Of a stretch of 64,000 nt of DNA, positions 62,930-64,000 are shown piece by piece; positions within the stretch are counted from its first letter, which is position 1; every line of letters starts with the position of its first letter. Source of the stretch: Heteronotia binoei (taxonomy: Eukaryota). The stretch covers positions 250,604,001-250,668,000 of the forward strand of contig NC_083223.1 of the NCBI RefSeq assembly GCF_032191835.1, given 5' to 3'. A program made the position numbers and the translations under genes. A model generated the notes under the pieces. That model searched no databases and was not told the origin of the DNA. It worked only from the letters and a program-made list of their open reading frames with translations.

Positions 62930-63020
62930 CACTACCGAAAAGGCATCATCCGGAGACCTTCTCAGGATTGCAGCCCCCAAGATCTGGAACATGTTGTGCT
63001 CATTGTGGGTTATGGTGAAG
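62930..63020 (+). CDS. CTSW: Cathepsin W exon 9 (catalytic His); final exon(s) with the NSWG motif lie beyond the window
   Basis: 91 nt, HYRKGIIRRPSQDCSPQDLEHVVLIVGYGE+G, donor |gtgagg. No WILKNSWG exon was seen in 63021-64000. Confidence 0.95.
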
Positions 63021-63204
63021 GTGAGGCATTCATTGATGGGGTTATGGGAAAGCTGGAGCAAATACCATCAGCAGTGCTTTTTAACACTGAGTGTGGTGGG
63101 GCAAAGGACAGGAGCCATAAGCTAGGGAAAATGGGTGGCTGATAGCCTCTCCAGGCTTACAGTTGACCTCATCAACTAGTTTTGAGATGGACTAGACAAG
63201 TTAA

Positions 63205-63500
63205 TAGAGCAGCCCTGTGGTGCAGAGTGGTAAAGCTGCAGTACTGCAGTCCTAACCTCTGCTCACGACCTGAGTTCGATTTCGGTGAAAGCTGGATTCA
63301 GGAAGCTGGCTCAAGGGTGACTCAGCCTTCCATCCTTCTGAGGTCGGTAAAATGAGTACCCAGCTTGCTGGGGGGAAAGGCTAGATGACTGGGGAAGGCA
63401 ATGGCAAACCACCCCGTAAAAAGTCTGCCATGAAAACATGATGCATGATGTGATGTCATCCCCGAGTCGGAAATGACTGGTGCTTTACCTTTACCTTTTT
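63205..63500 (+). mobile_element. Sauria SINE (Squam1-type), near full length
   Basis: tRNA-like head, gactcagccttccatcctt...ggtaaaatgagtaccc core, BovB-like gaaggcaatggcaaaccac segment and (accttt)n tail. Confidence 0.85.
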
Positions 63501-64000
63501 AGACAAGCTAATGGAAGAAAATAGATCTGAACAACTATTAGACATGATAGCAGAATAGAGCCCTCATATTCAGTAGCACTGTGCCTCTTAATAGCAATTG
63601 TGTAGGGACAATATGGGGGAGGCTGAGGTCTTGATACTAAATGTCCAAGTAGCTTGAAAACTGAATGCTCCATGGATTAAACTACTCTTAACAGCTTGGT
63701 TAAATAAAGCAATTTAAATGAACCTCTGAAAGTCTGACAGTGCAAAACATGCAAGGGAGTGAGTTTTACAATCTTGGGCTACTATGAACAGACAGGACTA
63801 CTTCTCTGTGTAGTAACCCATATGACAACTAAGTTCCTCTGACTATTGTCTTCTAGTTAGGGTTAGGAGATCAGCCTCTGCAAAACTGCCAGCTTTTCTT
63901 CAGTGGCTGTTCTATGGAATAGCTTTCCACTGCACTGAGATCTTCACAATGTATGCATGGATTAGGTAAAATTAATAGATTAGTCCAAGATAGTTAAAAG

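Overview
Repeat-rich vertebrate genomic DNA. The repeat content (Sauria SINE, tRNA- and 5S-derived SINEs, CR1, L2, Penelope-type ends, many hAT MITEs) suggests a squamate, probably a gecko (inference). Four spliced genes were assembled by hand. (1) FOSL1 first coding exon and promoter (minus strand, 4567-4665; the rest lies left of the window). (2) An intact 5-exon p24-delta gene, a divergent TMED10 paralogue (plus strand, 19408-25171, 213 aa), head-to-head with FOSL1 as TMED10 is with FOS in human. (3) A TGF-beta superfamily ligand gene on the minus strand (about 29650-34970) whose size, motifs and intron positions best match GSDF (gonadal soma-derived factor). GSDF is a fish sex-differentiation factor that, as far as I recall, is regarded as lost in amniotes. 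Exons 2-5 are intact, but the best candidate exon 1 is interrupted by a ~85-bp LINE-tail insertion carrying an in-frame stop. (4) Cathepsin W, coding exons 1-9 (plus strand, 52626-63020; the last exon or exons lie beyond the window). Two N-gaps (8092-8272, 18922-19055). Almost all ORFs in the supplied track are spurious or transposon-derived. The GSDF-like gene appears in it only as part of one ORF (30959-31309).
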